Shown here piece after piece: positions 22,701-33,847 of a DNA stretch of 64,000 nt. Below the pieces are notes generated by a model. The model had not been told where the DNA came from. It made no database searches and worked only from the letters and a program-made list of their open reading frames with translations. A program made the translations under genes and the position numbers. The DNA is from Mobula birostris. Lineage: Eukaryota. Position 1 is the first letter of the stretch, and each line of letters starts with the position of its first letter. The DNA lies in NCBI RefSeq assembly GCF_030028105.1, contig NC_092391.1:51991223-52055222 (forward strand). The letters run 5' to 3'.

Positions 22701-25700
22701 AAATCTGAGGAATTCATTGCCACAGACAGCTGTGGAGGCCAAGTCATTGGGTATATTTAAAGCAGAGGTTGATCAACCAATATGGAATGGCACAACAGAC
22801 TCGATAGGCCAAATGGCCTGATTCTTCTCCTATGTTTTAAGATCTAACAGCAAATCTCTGCTCCATGTTGCGTTATCCACAAGGCATTTCTGACTAATTC
22901 CTCACTCCTGGTACCTCAGAGGGTTGTGGGTGTTGTGTTAGTAGGTACAGTCAACCTCACATTGTGACCATTCGGGTATCGGAAGCTTGCCTTACAGAGC
23001 TCACACACTACCCAAAAACTTGAGATCCGAAGTATTACACTTCCACTGAATTTACATAGGAAAAAATGAAATTTATTTTTCAACTTGTAATTCTTGTCAT
23101 TTGCTCAAGATGGTAAGGTTTTGCATTACAGAAGTCATGATGTGGACAGCTTTCCCAGAAACACAACAGGAACTAGGCTGTCGACTGGACTAGGCAGTGC
23201 AAATGGTTCAGCACAGACTAGATGGGCCAAAGAGCCTGGTCCTGTGCTGTAGTTTTCTCTGATTCTAACGTTGGGGTGCCTCAGTAGCACAGTGGTCAGC
23301 GAGACAGTTTTACAGCTCAGGGCTTTCTGAGTTTGGAGTTCAGTCCCAGCCCATCCATCAGGAGCCTGTACGTTCTCCCCATGACCTCATGGGTTTCCTC
23401 TGGGTGTTCCGGTTAATAGGTCAACTTGTCATTGTATATTGTCCCATGATTAGGCTAGGGTTGAACTGGTTGGTGGCTGTACGATGCAGCTCGTTGGTTG
23501 GGAAGAGCCTGTCCCTCACTGTACCTCTGAATAAATAAACTCTCCCATAATGCAGGGTCCACGACTGAGGGTCTATCTGGGCTAGCCAGGAATTCCAGTA
23601 GGGCCAGGACTAATGATGGAGACACCAAGGGCAGTAGAGGCTGGAATCTGTACCAACACACTCAGTGCTGATCCACAGGCCACGTTCTTTGCTCCCTCAT
23701 CAGTCATCACACTATTATGTGTACATGCTGCTCTGGACACACAGATTATATCTGTTCCTGGCCCTCCGTTAAACTCACCAAGGTCCCAGTTCTCTTGGCT
23801 GTCTGTACCCCTCCCACTTCCCCAGTTCCCAGGGCCTCAGTTGCGGAGTTTCCTTTAAACTTACCTGGAAGTGCCCGGCAAGCGAGGGAGTGCACCGGAA
23901 GTGTGTTGGCGGAAAGGCCCCACCTCACCAGTGTGCCGGGGTAATCAGGGTTTTCGCACAGTGGGAATTAAACACAAAATGACGCTTACAGCGGGAGCAA
24001 CATTTACCTGAAGAAAACGAGGTGTTTCTGCTTTTTATGCTTCCGGAGGAACGCAACTAACTGATTAAACTTCTCATCCGCTCGACAGATCTGCGAAGCA
24101 AACATCACCAGAATGAAGGACAAAGGAACGTGGACGGCTGTGGATACGGGGTTGGAGAGAGAAGTGACTGGGTCAAAGGCAGGCAGGGACGGGGAGGACG
24201 TGCGGCGGAGGCACAGCAATGGGAACATGGGTTGGGATGGATCAGAACCAAAAGCAAGGGGGCGGGGGCGGAGGGGGGCATAATGTTGTCAGTGGTACTG
24301 GGATAAGGAGGGGATACATGTCAGAACCAACTCCTGCAGACGGTACTTTTGGGGAGGATACATTCCTGGACCAGAGCAGGGGTACACAGACAAGGAGAAC
24401 AATCTCTTCCCTTTCTCAACACCCCTGCCTCCCCTCGGGGAACAGGCCACTGACAAACATCCATTCGGAGGGAACTGACTCCCAGGACCACGTCCTGCTT
24501 CCTGTACAGACTCCAGTCCATTGTCCCTGCTTCTCCATCTCTCATCTTCCCCGACCCTTCCCCAAAGTCTCTACTCTACCAGAGCTGACAGACTCTCAAA
24601 AGTTAACACAAGAGATCCTGCAGATGCTGGAAATCCAGAGCAACACACACAAAATGCTGGAGGAACTCAGCAGATAAGGCAGCATCCATGGAAATTAATA
24701 AACAGCCGACATTTCGAGCCAAGACTCCATTAAGACTGGAAAGGAAGGCAAAAGATGCCAGAATAAAAAGGAGGAAATGAAGTAAGTGAGAGGTGATAGT
24801 TGGGAAAGGTAAAGGGCTGGAGAAGGAAGAATCTGATAGTAGAGGAGAGTGGACCCTGCGAGAAAGGGAAGGAGGAGAGGCACCGACGAGGTGGATAGGC
24901 AGGTGAGGAAGAGAGGTGGGGGGGCAGAGTGGGGAATTGAAAAAGAGGGAAAGAATTTCCGCAAGTTGGAGAAATTGATGTTCATGCCATCACTTTGGAG
25001 ACTACCTAGACAGAATATAAGGTGTCGCTCCTCCAACCTGAGAGTGGCCTCGCCGTGGCAGAAGAGGAAGCCATGTTGTGACATGGCAGAACGGGAATGG
25101 GGATAGGAATTAAAATAGTTGGCCACTGGGAAATTCCGCTTTTTGTGGATGGAGCGGTGGTGCTCGACCACACCTGTTTCATCGCCCATATCTCTGCTTC
25201 ATCCCCTCCACCATCAGATTGAATGGACAATGAATCTAACGTTACCTCACTATTTTTTTTTGTTCTCTTTTCACATTACTTCTAAATTTATTTTTTTATT
25301 TATATTTCTCATTATAATTTACAGATTTTTTTATGATAATGTATTGCTACCACAGAACAACACATTTCACAACATACGCCAGTGATGTTAAACCTGATTC
25401 TAATTCTGTGGGATCTCACCGTGTAATAGTTGTGCAGCCGGATGGGTGTCTTCTGGGTGCCGTCTGCCGCCATTCCCTTCTCCTTCACCGTGATGCGGAC
25501 AGGGTTACGCAGCCCCGCTCGCACCAGGGTCTCCACCTCGTCTGTCTGAGTGGCCGAGAAGAGCCCCGTTCTCCGCTGCTTCGGCAGGAAGCCCAGGATG
25601 GTGTTCAGGCTGCAGAGACACAACGCACAGAGTCGGGAGTCGGTGACGCACAGCAGCAGCACAGTGTCCGACCCGTGGGCGCTCTACCTCCCTGGTGATC

Positions 25701-27509
25701 GGGCGGGCTCTCAGCTTACAGCTTCACTGAACACAGTTAAAGCCCTGTTCACCCCATCCCCGAGCTCGCCACTCTCACGAGCAAAAACCTCACCTGGCTT
25801 CAAACCCCAGGTCGAGGAGGCGGTCGGCCTCATCCAGTACCAACACGTCCAGACTCTTCACGCAGCTTGCAAGGTCCAATCCATCCGCCCGCCGCCTAAA
25901 CATGTCCTCCAGACGGCCAGGGGTGCCCACCACAATGTTCCCTCTGTGGGCAGAACGCACCTCCCAGTTATTCTGTTGGTTAGGGAAGTACCCACCCATT
26001 ACCCTCCGTCCCTGAATGGCAATCATAGGCCAAGCCTCACGGCTGAACACACAAGGCTAAACCACACTGGCAGGGGCACTGCATGCCAGACCCGAGCTCT
26101 CTCAAGTGGATGCACCATGGGAAGAGCAGGAGCAAACTCTGCTTGTTATCACGCTGCTCCTCATAGGAGCTTAATGTGTGCGAAGAGGCTGCCCCATTTC
26201 GTACATCACCACGGTAACTGCTCCTCCAAACTCCTTCAGGTTAGCAGTCACTCAGGGGTTAGGACACTATCGACAGCATAATGATGGGTTAACTAGGTTG
26301 AGAACCAGTCTTCAGGAAATAAAATCTGTACACAATTAACATAGCGTGACACTACTACACTGGGGCTGTCAGAGTTCAGAGTTCAATTCTGACATCATCT
26401 GTAAGGAGTCTGTACATCCCCTCTGTGGAAAGTTTGGGTTTCCTCCCACAGTCCAAAGACCAGCAGTAGGCTAATTGGTCATTGTAAATTGTCCTGTGAT
26501 TAGGCCAAGGTTAAACATAGAACATAGAATAGTACAGCACAGTACAGGCCCTTCGGCCCACAATGTTGTGCCAACCCTCAAACCCTGCCTCCCATATAAC
26601 CCCCCACCTTAAATTCCTCCATATACCTGTCTAGTAGTCTTTTAAACTTCACCAGTGTATCTGCCTCCATCACTGACTCAGGCAGTGTATTCCACGCACC
26701 AACCACTATCTCAGCAAAAAACCTTCCTCTAATATCCCCCTTGAACTTCTCACCCCTTACCTTAAAGCCATATCCTCTTGTATTGAGCAGTGGTGCCCTG
26801 GGGAAGAGGTGCTGTCTATCCACTCTACCTATTCCTCTTATTATCTTGTACACCTCCATCATATTGCCTCTCATCCTCCTTCTCTCCAAAGAGTAAAGCC
26901 CTAGCTCCCTTAATCTCTGAAACCAGGGGTTACAGGAGGCGGGCTGGAGATACGTCCTTACCAAAGGAGGTGTAAGGTGCTCTACCCTCCGCTAGCCTGT
27001 AGGTTACCGTTGAGCAAGCTGTAGCACCTGCTTAGCCACACCCCCCCCCCCCAAATCAGGACTATGTGAAGCCGTGGGAATAGGTGGTGGATGGCCGTAC
27101 GAGCAGCTGGTGTGTATCACAATTCATGGTTCTGCGGCCTCTGACGGCAGGCAGACAATCTCTGAACAGGTTGCCTTTTCTCCTCTGCACTGGTGAGACC
27201 CGTCGTAAACTGGGGGACTGCTTCACCATCCGCCACAAGCGGGACATCCTGGTGGCCAAAAATTTTAATTCTGATTCCCGTTCCGACATGTCGGTCACAC
27301 TTGTGCCAAGATGAGGCCACCCTCAGGGTGGAGCAGCAAAACCTTACATTCTGTCCAACCTGATGGCATGAATATCGATTTCTCCTGCCAGTAAAAAAAA
27401 TTTCCCTCCCCTCCTCTTTTTCCATTCTCCACTCTGGCCTCTCACCCCTCCTCACATGCCTATCATCTCCCAGAGTCCCCTCCTCCCCTTTCTCCCACGG
27501 GTTATGCTG

Positions 27510-27558
<49 letters not shown>

Positions 27559-28492
27559 TGTAACTGTATGTTTTTCTGCTATCATAATTATATGTGCTGT
27601 GTGCTGTGTGATGCATCTGCCTGGTGGTACTGTGATTTATACTTTGGCCCCGAAAGAACATTGTTTCATTTAGAGGTATTCATGTGTATGGTTGAATGAT
27701 GATTAAATTTGAACTTGAACATTCACCTTCCACCGCCAGAGAGCTCAGGGAGGGCCAGAAATGGACAGGGAGATAGACCAGAGAGCACAGGGAGGGACAG
27801 AAATGGACAGGGAGATAGACCAGAGAGCTCAGGGACAGAAATGGACAGGGAGATAGACCAGAGAGCACAGGGACAGAAATGGACAGGGAAATAGACCAGA
27901 GAGCACAGGGAGGGACAGAAATGGACAGGGAGATAGGCCAGAGGACATGGTAGATGGGTAAGAAGTCCACACTCACCCCTGCTCCTTGAACCTCTCAACA
28001 TCTTCGATTGGATTCCTCCCACCGATGAAGAGAATCTGGCTAAAAGCAGAATCCAGTATCATTTCACATTTCACTGAATCTGCTCACACTCAGAGAGCCA
28101 GGGTAGCCCAGTGCAGACCCCCCTGCAGCTCGGAGCACAACCCTCACCACCCCGCGCCCACCACTCATTCACTGGAGCCGAGAGGTTTGCAATCTCACCT
28201 GAACTGCGGGAAGTGCACGGTGAAGTGCCTGAGCACCTCATCAATTTGGATAGCCAGCTCCCGGGTGGGAGTGACGATCAGGGCCCCCACCTGGATACGG
28301 GAGGGAAAGAACACAGAGTTACTCTTCAAAATGCCAGCCGGCAGAGAGGACCTAGATTTCAGCACTTTACTTGAAGTTTATGTTCATCTGCCTGTGCATT
28401 TATACATCAAACGAAGCAACATGCCTCCAGATAACAGTGTACCCACAAAACATATCACACACAGTATTTACAGAACTGTGCAAAAGTATCAG

Positions 28493-28523
<31 letters not shown>

Positions 28524-31500
28524 GCTAAGGTTCCTAAGTCTTTTGCCTAGTACTGCAGTAATTTTGTATATTGCATTGAACTGCTGCCGCAAAAAAGAAC
28601 AAATTTCATGACGTGAGTGACGATAAACCTAATTCTGATATGGGTCTCTATTGTGGACTGAGAGTGGGAAGGGGGCAGGGAGAGGGGAATCATGGTTGGG
28701 AAAAGGGGAAGGGAGAGGGGAGGGAGTGGGAAGCACCAGAGAGACATTCCGTGATGATCAGAAAACCAACTGTTTGGAATCAACGGACCTTGCCTGGTGT
28801 CTCAGGGCTAGGTATGCCTGCACCTGTACTAGCAACCCCGCACCCCCACCAGCCCTGGCACTGCTTCTCTGCCAAACGTCCCACAACGTTCCTGTGACCC
28901 TTCACCCTCACCATTCCCAACACCCTCTGCTCCCGCCAGATTTACACTCACTCTCCACTCCACTTCCACAAATACAGTACCAGCTATATATACTGTATGT
29001 ACCTAAGACTTCTGCACAGTACTGTAAAACAAAATATTCCAAAAATAACTTAATAAAATATAACTTAAAATGCATGTGGTGCACAGCACAGGTAAACAAT
29101 AACCAGCTCGTTGTCTTGAGTGATGAGAGCTCGATGGTGGTAAGGTATTCACTGGCCTGAGGGAAGAAGCTGTTTTCCAGTCTGGCAGTCCTATTCCTGC
29201 TGCTCCTGTACCTTCTTCCTGATGGTAGATTATGGGATGGGTGGCAAGGATGCTCAATGACACTTCAGACCCCCGACGCTTCAGGACTTCAGAAAATGAT
29301 TCACTTAGAAAAGACCTCATTCTTCAGAAGAGAAGATTGAGGGAGAGGATCTCACTGAAGCCTACCAGGAATCAAAAGGCTGAGACAGAATTAACGTTGA
29401 GTGGATGTTTCCAATAGTGAGAGTCGAGGATCAGAGGGCACGGCTCAGAATACAAGAACATGCCTTCAGAACAGAGATTAGGAGGAATTTTTTTCGATAG
29501 AGGGTGGTGAGACTATGGATCTTATTCCCACAGACAGATCTGCAAGCCAAGTCACTGAGTGTATTTAAAGCAGAGGTTGATAGCTTCCTGATTAATAAGG
29601 TTGTCATAGGTTACAGGGAGAAAGCAAGAAAAATGGAGTCGCTCAGTACCACAGTGTCAGTCTCGGACAGGGTCGCTCAGTACCACAGTGTCAGTCTACA
29701 GGGTCGCTCAGTACCACAGTGTCAGTCTAGGACAGGGTCGCTCAGTACCACAGTGTCAGTCTAGGACAGGGTCCCTCAGTACCACAGTGTCAGTCAAGGA
29801 CAGGGTCGCTCAGTACCACAGTGTCAGTCTCGGACAGGGTCACTCAGTACCACAGTGTCAGTCTAGGACAGGGTCACTCAGTACCACAGTGTCAGTCTAC
29901 AGGGTCGCTCAGTACCACAGTGTCAGTCTAGGACAGGGTCGCTCAGTACCACAGTGTCAGTCTACAGGGTCGCTCAGTACCACAGTGTCAGTCTAGGACA
30001 GGGTCGCTCAGTACCACAGTGTCAGTCTAGGACAGGGTCACTCAGTACCACAGTGTCAGTCTAGGACAGGGTCGCTCAGTACCACAGTGTCTGTCTAGGA
30101 CAGGGTCACTCAGTACCACAGTGTCAGTCTCGGACAGGGTCGCTCAGTACCAGAATGTCAGTCTACAGGGTCGCTCAGTACCACAGTGTCAGTCTAGGAC
30201 AGGGTCGCTCAGTACCACAGTGTCAGTCTACAGGGTCGCTCAGTACCACAGTGTCAGTCTAGGACAGGGTCGCTCAGTACCACAGTGTCAGTCTACAGGG
30301 TCGCTCAGTACCACAGTGTCACTCTAGGACAGGGTTGCTCAGTACCACAGTGTTAGTCTCGGACAGGGTCGCTCAGTACCACAGTGTCAGACTACAGGGT
30401 CACTCAGTACCACAGTGTCAGTCTCGGACAGGGTCGCACAGTACCACAGTGTCAGTCTACAGGGTCGCTCAGTACCACAGTGTCAGTCTACAGGGTCGCT
30501 CAGTACCACAGTGTCAGTCTAGAACAGGGTCGCTCAGTACCACAGTGTCAGTCTCGGACAGGGTTGCTCAGTACCACAGTGTCAGTCTCGGACAGGGTCG
30601 CTCAGTACCACAGTGTCTGTCTCGGACAGGGTCGCTCAGTACCACAGTGTCAGTCTACAGGGTCGCTCAGTACCCCAGTGTCAGTCTAGGACAGGGTCAC
30701 TCAGTACCACAGTGTCAGTCTAGGACAGGGTCGCTCAGTACCACAGTGTCTGTCTAGGACAGAGTCGCTCAGTACCACAGTGTCAGTCTAGGACAGGGGC
30801 GTTCAGTACCACAGTGTCAGTCTACAGGGTCGCTCAGTACCACAGTGTAACACTATCTCAGTCCAAGTGACCTAGTATCATCCTCAACCTCCTTCAGTAA
30901 TGAGAATCTCTGCCGGCCAATTCTGGTTTTCTTTTGCTCTTCCTTTCTAACAATCCCCCAAAATAACACACAATTTGTATCTACATTACTTTCAAGCTCT
31001 ATGTTCAGGAGATGTTACAACAAGCAATAAGGTCATACCTGCAGTTTCTTTAACCTCTCCTCCCGCTTCAAAAGGATTTCCAGAATCGGGATGACAAATG
31101 CCAATGTCTTCCCACTGCCGGTCACCTGTGTTAAATTAATGCACACCGTTATCCAAAGGCAGCAAACGTTCGAGAAATTCAAGAGAAAGCGTTGGGTCAC
31201 GAGGTAACTTACTGCTTCGACTGCCACGTCCTTGTTGCTTACGAACAGGGGGATTGTTGCAGACTAAAAGAGAACACAGACAGATGGAGTCACACTTCTG
31301 AAAGTACTTGTCTGTTCTCTTCTTAAAACATAGAACGTAGAGCAGTACAGGACAGGCCATTCAGCCCACAATGTTGCACCAAAGCAGGTAAAAAGCAAAT
31401 TAAAAACACCCAAACTCTAATCCCTCCTTCCTACACCATGCCCATATCTGTCCATCTTCCTTACATTCATGTGCCTATCTAAACATCTCTAATGTATTTG

Positions 31501-33487
31501 CCTCCACCACCAGACCAGGCAGAGCATTCCAGGCATCCATCACTCTCTGAGTGAAAAACTTACCCCTCACATCCCCCTTGAACCTACCCGATTTCATCTT
31601 CAATGCGTATCCTCTGGTATTAGACAGTTCAACCCTGGGAAACGTGATACTCTCTGTCCACTCTATCTATGCCTCTTATAACCTATAAACCTCTATCAGA
31701 TCTCCCCTCAGGCTCTGGCGCTCCTGAGTTTGTCCAGCATCTCGTGATAGCACGTGCCCTCTAAACGAGAGCAGCATCCTGATAAACCTCTTCCGCACCC
31801 TCTGCAAAGTGTCAACGTCCTTCCTAAACTCAATGCTCCAGATGTGTACTAACCGGATTATAAAGTTGCAACATAACCTCTTGACTTTTGAAGTCAATGC
31901 CTCAACTAATACAAGCAAGCATTCCACAAGCCCTCTTAACCACCTTATTGACCTGGGTAGCAACTTTCAAGGAGCAATGAACATGGATCCCAAGATCTCT
32001 CTGCTCAGCAACACTGTTAAATGTCAGTGGACCCATATTTGACATTACTCACTCCTTCTTGTATGATATGTAACTGGATGAATCCTTCATCCTAAAGAGA
32101 AAGAAATGTCCCCGATCACAGCTCTCTTTATTTAAAATGTCAGTGGGCAGCCTTTCACCTAATTACATCTGCACAACAGGTTCTTCAGATGCTGCAAACA
32201 TTGTGGTTCATGTAACACTAGTACAGTAGTAGCGACCTGGGTTCAATTCCCGCCCGCTGAATGGGAGGAGTTTGTATGTTCTCTCCGTGACCATGTAGGT
32301 TTCCTCCGTGTGCTCTGGTTTCCTCTCACATTCCAAAGATGTACAGGTTAAAGGTAGTGACTTGTGGGCATGCTATATGGGCACCAGAAGCATTGTGATA
32401 CTTTCGGGCTGCCCCCAGCACATCCTCGGACTGTGTTGGTCATTGACGCAAACGACACATTTATTTACTTATTGAGTTACAGCGCGGAAAGCAGCAACCA
32501 TCATCAGGGACCCTCCACCACTCAGGTCATGATCTCTTCTCGCTGCTGTTATCAGGTAGAATGTACAGGAGCCTCAAGACTCACACCACCAGGTTCAGGA
32601 ATAGTTACTACCCCTCAACCATCAGGCTCTTGAACCAAAGGGAATAACCTCACTCGCCCCATCATTGAAATGTTCCCTCAACCTATGAACTCTTCATCTC
32701 ATGTTCTCAATACTTATTGCTTATCTTTTTTTTTTGTATTTGCAGAGTTTGTTGTCTTTTGCACATTGGTTGAACACCCAAATTGGTGCGGTCTTTCATT
32801 GATTCTGTTATGGTTAATATTCTATTGTGGATTTATTGAGTATGCCCACAAGAAAATAAATCTCTGGATTGTATATGGAGACATACAGTATATGTACTTT
32901 GATAATAAATTTACTTTGAACCTTTACTTCTCACATTTGCATCAAAGATCAGCACAGCACGAATATTGTGCTGGGGGCAGCCCGAAGTGTCACCACGCTC
33001 CCGGCCGTAGCATAGCACGACAGCAACTTACTAACCCTAACCCTGTGGGAGGGAACCCACGTGGTCACGGGGAGAACGTGCAAACGCCTGACAGACAGTG
33101 CCGGGAATTGAACTTCAGGTCAACATTTAAGAGACATTTAAACAGGCACATGGAGAGGAAAACCTTAAAGTCTGAGTCGGACATGGGCAACTGGACTATC
33201 AGGGAAGATGAACCTGTTGGGCCGAAGGGCCTTCTGTGCTGTATTGCTCAATGACCGCGGATTCCGGGCTGGTCCGCCTCCCTCAAGACCAGTACCGGTT
33301 ACCTGTATGGGGGAAGCCCAGCTCCCCGTTACCCGTATCGGGATCGAGCTTGGGAACTCCCGCACCACCCCTCCTCCCCCGTTACCTGAACCGGAGTCAT
33401 GCTAGAGAAGCCCAGACTCCGCAGCGACTCCAGGATCCGCGGGTGGAGAGAGACCGGCAAACTCTCCCAATCACCGGAGTCCGCCAT
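10671..33487 (-). CDS. DDX55: DEAD-box RNA helicase DDX55 (Spb4 ortholog), complete spliced gene, 14 exons, 575 aa
   Basis: complement join(33386-33487,31213-31263,31039-31125,28199-28290,27977-28039,25794-25943,25420-25609,24008-24090,21058-21189,19363-19455,16247-16361,15372-15540,13006-13283,10671-10793) = 1728 nt. Motifs: Q-motif [48 protein letters not shown], and a basic C-terminal tail. Confidence 0.96.
10851..11545 (-). pseudogene. Decayed tandem duplicate of the DDX55 last-exon 5' half plus acceptor, split by a CR1 fragment
   Basis: 10851-10888 resembles 10737-10780; 11481-11545 resembles 10780-10843; a CR1 3' fragment (+) fills about 10889-11480. Confidence 0.8.
12018..12098. mobile_element. 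81-bp hAT (Buster-like) MITE
   Basis: TIRs caggggttcccaac / gttgggaatccccg; perfect 8-bp TSD TTTTAATC with central TA. Confidence 0.88.
12180..12810 (-). mobile_element. CR1-type LINE 3' fragments
   Basis: Antisense RT C-terminal and tail sequence shared with other copies in the window. Confidence 0.7.
13006..13283 (-). CDS. DDX55: DDX55 exon 13
   Basis: ttccag| [25 protein letters not shown]...KRKQAVKRK |gtgagt. Confidence 0.95.
13570..13980 (-). mobile_element. Young CR1 3' fragment
   Basis: Highly similar to the copy at about 26515-26920, which encodes [16 protein letters not shown]...RTRGYGFKV-like RT C-terminal sequence. Confidence 0.8.
15372..15540 (-). CDS. DDX55: DDX55 exon 12
   Basis: ccttag| CPMEEMKL...[31 protein letters not shown] |gtaagt. 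Confidence 0.95.
16247..16361 (-). CDS. DDX55: DDX55 exon 11
   Basis: ccgtag| [38 protein letters not shown] |gtacat. Confidence 0.96.
16497..18915. repeat. 28-bp minisatellite/VNTR, about 86 units, in DDX55 intron 10
   Basis: Variants cacattccacccaccaaatctcacagga and cacattcacctcaccaaagccctcaggt in tandem. Confidence 0.97.
19059..19340 (+). mobile_element. tRNA-derived SINE
   Basis: A box (tggcgtagcggttagc) and B box (gggttcaattccc), then the ggtgctctggtttcctc core. Related copies at about 11750, 20210, 22224, 23272, 26340 and 32200. Confidence 0.8.
19363..19455 (-). CDS. DDX55: DDX55 exon 10
   Basis: ttccag| [30 protein letters not shown] |gtattt. Confidence 0.96.
19630..20170. repeat. 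C-rich tandem repeat, about 57-bp unit, about 9 copies
   Basis: ccccatctgttctcactcccctccccggctgtccgcgatcccctcactcccccca repeated. Confidence 0.92.
20592..20850 (-). mobile_element. SINE-like repeat with RTE-type 3' end
   Basis: Minus strand has ggcaatggcaaaccacttctgtagaaaaatttgccaagaacaatcatg and a (tgaa)n tail; other copies at about 26945, 46347 and 59850. Confidence 0.65.
21058..21189 (-). CDS. DDX55: DDX55 exon 9
   Basis: tttcag| [43 protein letters not shown] |gtagat. Confidence 0.95.
21325..22060 (-). mobile_element. Two CR1 3' fragments
   Basis: ORF 21557-21901: [11 protein letters not shown]...[13 protein letters not shown] and [18 protein letters not shown]. Confidence 0.8.
24008..24090 (-). 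CDS. DDX55: DDX55 exon 8
   Basis: tcgcag| [27 protein letters not shown] |gtaaat. Confidence 0.95.
24605..25180 (-). mobile_element. Penelope-like element fragment (GIY-YIG C-terminus plus terminal repeat)
   Basis: ORF 24695-25189 has EHHRSI...[11 protein letters not shown]...[25 protein letters not shown], typical of the Penelope/Poseidon endonuclease end. Confidence 0.8.
25420..25609 (-). CDS. DDX55: DDX55 exon 7
   Basis: ctgcag| [45 protein letters not shown]...RLHNYYT |gtgaga. Confidence 0.96.
25794..25943 (-). CDS. DDX55: DDX55 exon 6
   Basis: cacag| [49 protein letters not shown] |gtgagg. Confidence 0.97.
26515..26920 (-). mobile_element. Young CR1 3' fragment
   Basis: [32 protein letters not shown]...[15 protein letters not shown]. 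Confidence 0.85.
27175..27500 (+). mobile_element. Penelope-like GIY-YIG fragment
   Basis: [15 protein letters not shown]...[15 protein letters not shown] (degenerate YIGET motif). Confidence 0.7.
27735..27945. repeat. Tandem repeat, about 36-40-bp unit, about 5 copies
   Basis: cagaaatggacagggagatagaccagagagcacaggg repeated just downstream of the DDX55 exon 5 donor. Confidence 0.88.
27977..28039 (-). CDS. DDX55: DDX55 exon 5
   Basis: ttttag| [20 protein letters not shown](G) |gtgagt. Confidence 0.94.
28199..28290 (-). CDS. DDX55: DDX55 exon 4
   Basis: atccag| [30 protein letters not shown] |gtgaga. Confidence 0.95.
28471..28555. mobile_element. Small Tc1/mariner-type MITE with an internal (CA)n(TA)n tract
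   Basis: ta|cagaactgtgcaaaagt...gtcttttgcctagtactg inverted ends; a half-copy near 29000. Confidence 0.55.
29638..30848. repeat. 34/30-bp minisatellite, about 37 units, in DDX55 intron 3
   Basis: gggtcgctcagtaccacagtgtcagtct(agg/cgg)aca repeated, with a 4-bp-shorter variant. Confidence 0.96.
31039..31125 (-). CDS. DDX55: DDX55 exon 3
   Basis: acacag| [29 protein letters not shown] |gtatga. Confidence 0.96.
31213..31263 (-). CDS. DDX55: DDX55 exon 2
   Basis: ttttag| [17 protein letters not shown] |gtaagt. Confidence 0.94.
31325..32020 (-). mobile_element. CR1 3' fragment
   Basis: Tail acatagaacgtagagcagtacagg; [19 protein letters not shown]...LRGDLIEVY. Confidence 0.8.
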
Positions 33488-33660
33488 CTCTCCGGCACCA
33501 CCACTTCCGGTACGCACCCGCTCGCCTTCCGGCCGGTCCCGATTCGTGCTACTTGGTTCCGGAGCACCGACTGCTCACAGCCGGACCGTTCACGGAGGGG
33601 ACACTGGAGGAGAGAACCTCCCCTCAGCCTGCGGCGCTCCAGGGAACAGACGACCCAGGT
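33250..33660 (-). promoter_or_regulatory. DDX55 CpG-rich promoter/5'UTR with an ETS-like CCGGAAGT motif
   Basis: Dense CpG; acttccgg at about 33503-33510 (ACCGGAAGTG on minus) just upstream of the ATG. Confidence 0.6.
33386..33487 (-). CDS. DDX55: DDX55 exon 1
   Basis: ATG: [34 protein letters not shown] |gtaacg, inside a CpG-rich region. Confidence 0.94.
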
Positions 33661-33847
33661 TTATCCAGCATCTTGAGATAGCACATGTCCTCTAAACCAG
33701 GCAGCATCCTGGTGAACCTCTTCTGCACCTTCCCAAAGCCTCAAAATCCTTACTAGACTCAATACTCCAAATGTGCACTAACCGGAATATTATAAAGTTG
33801 TACCATAACCTCTTGACTTCTGAAGACAATGTCTCGACTAATAAAAG

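Noticed and set aside
22860-23170. Intronic snoRNA in DDX55 intron 8
   Set aside because: Unique sequence, but I could not identify convincing H/ACA hairpins or C/D boxes; an Infernal/Rfam scan would decide.
25550-26281. 243-aa plus-strand ORF
   Set aside because: Antisense shadow of GC-rich DDX55 exons 6-7 with no recognisable domain.
29638-30848. CRISPR array or functional RSS array; short ORFs in the track
   Set aside because: Contiguous tandem units without spacers; heptamer without nonamer; the ORFs are repeat translations.
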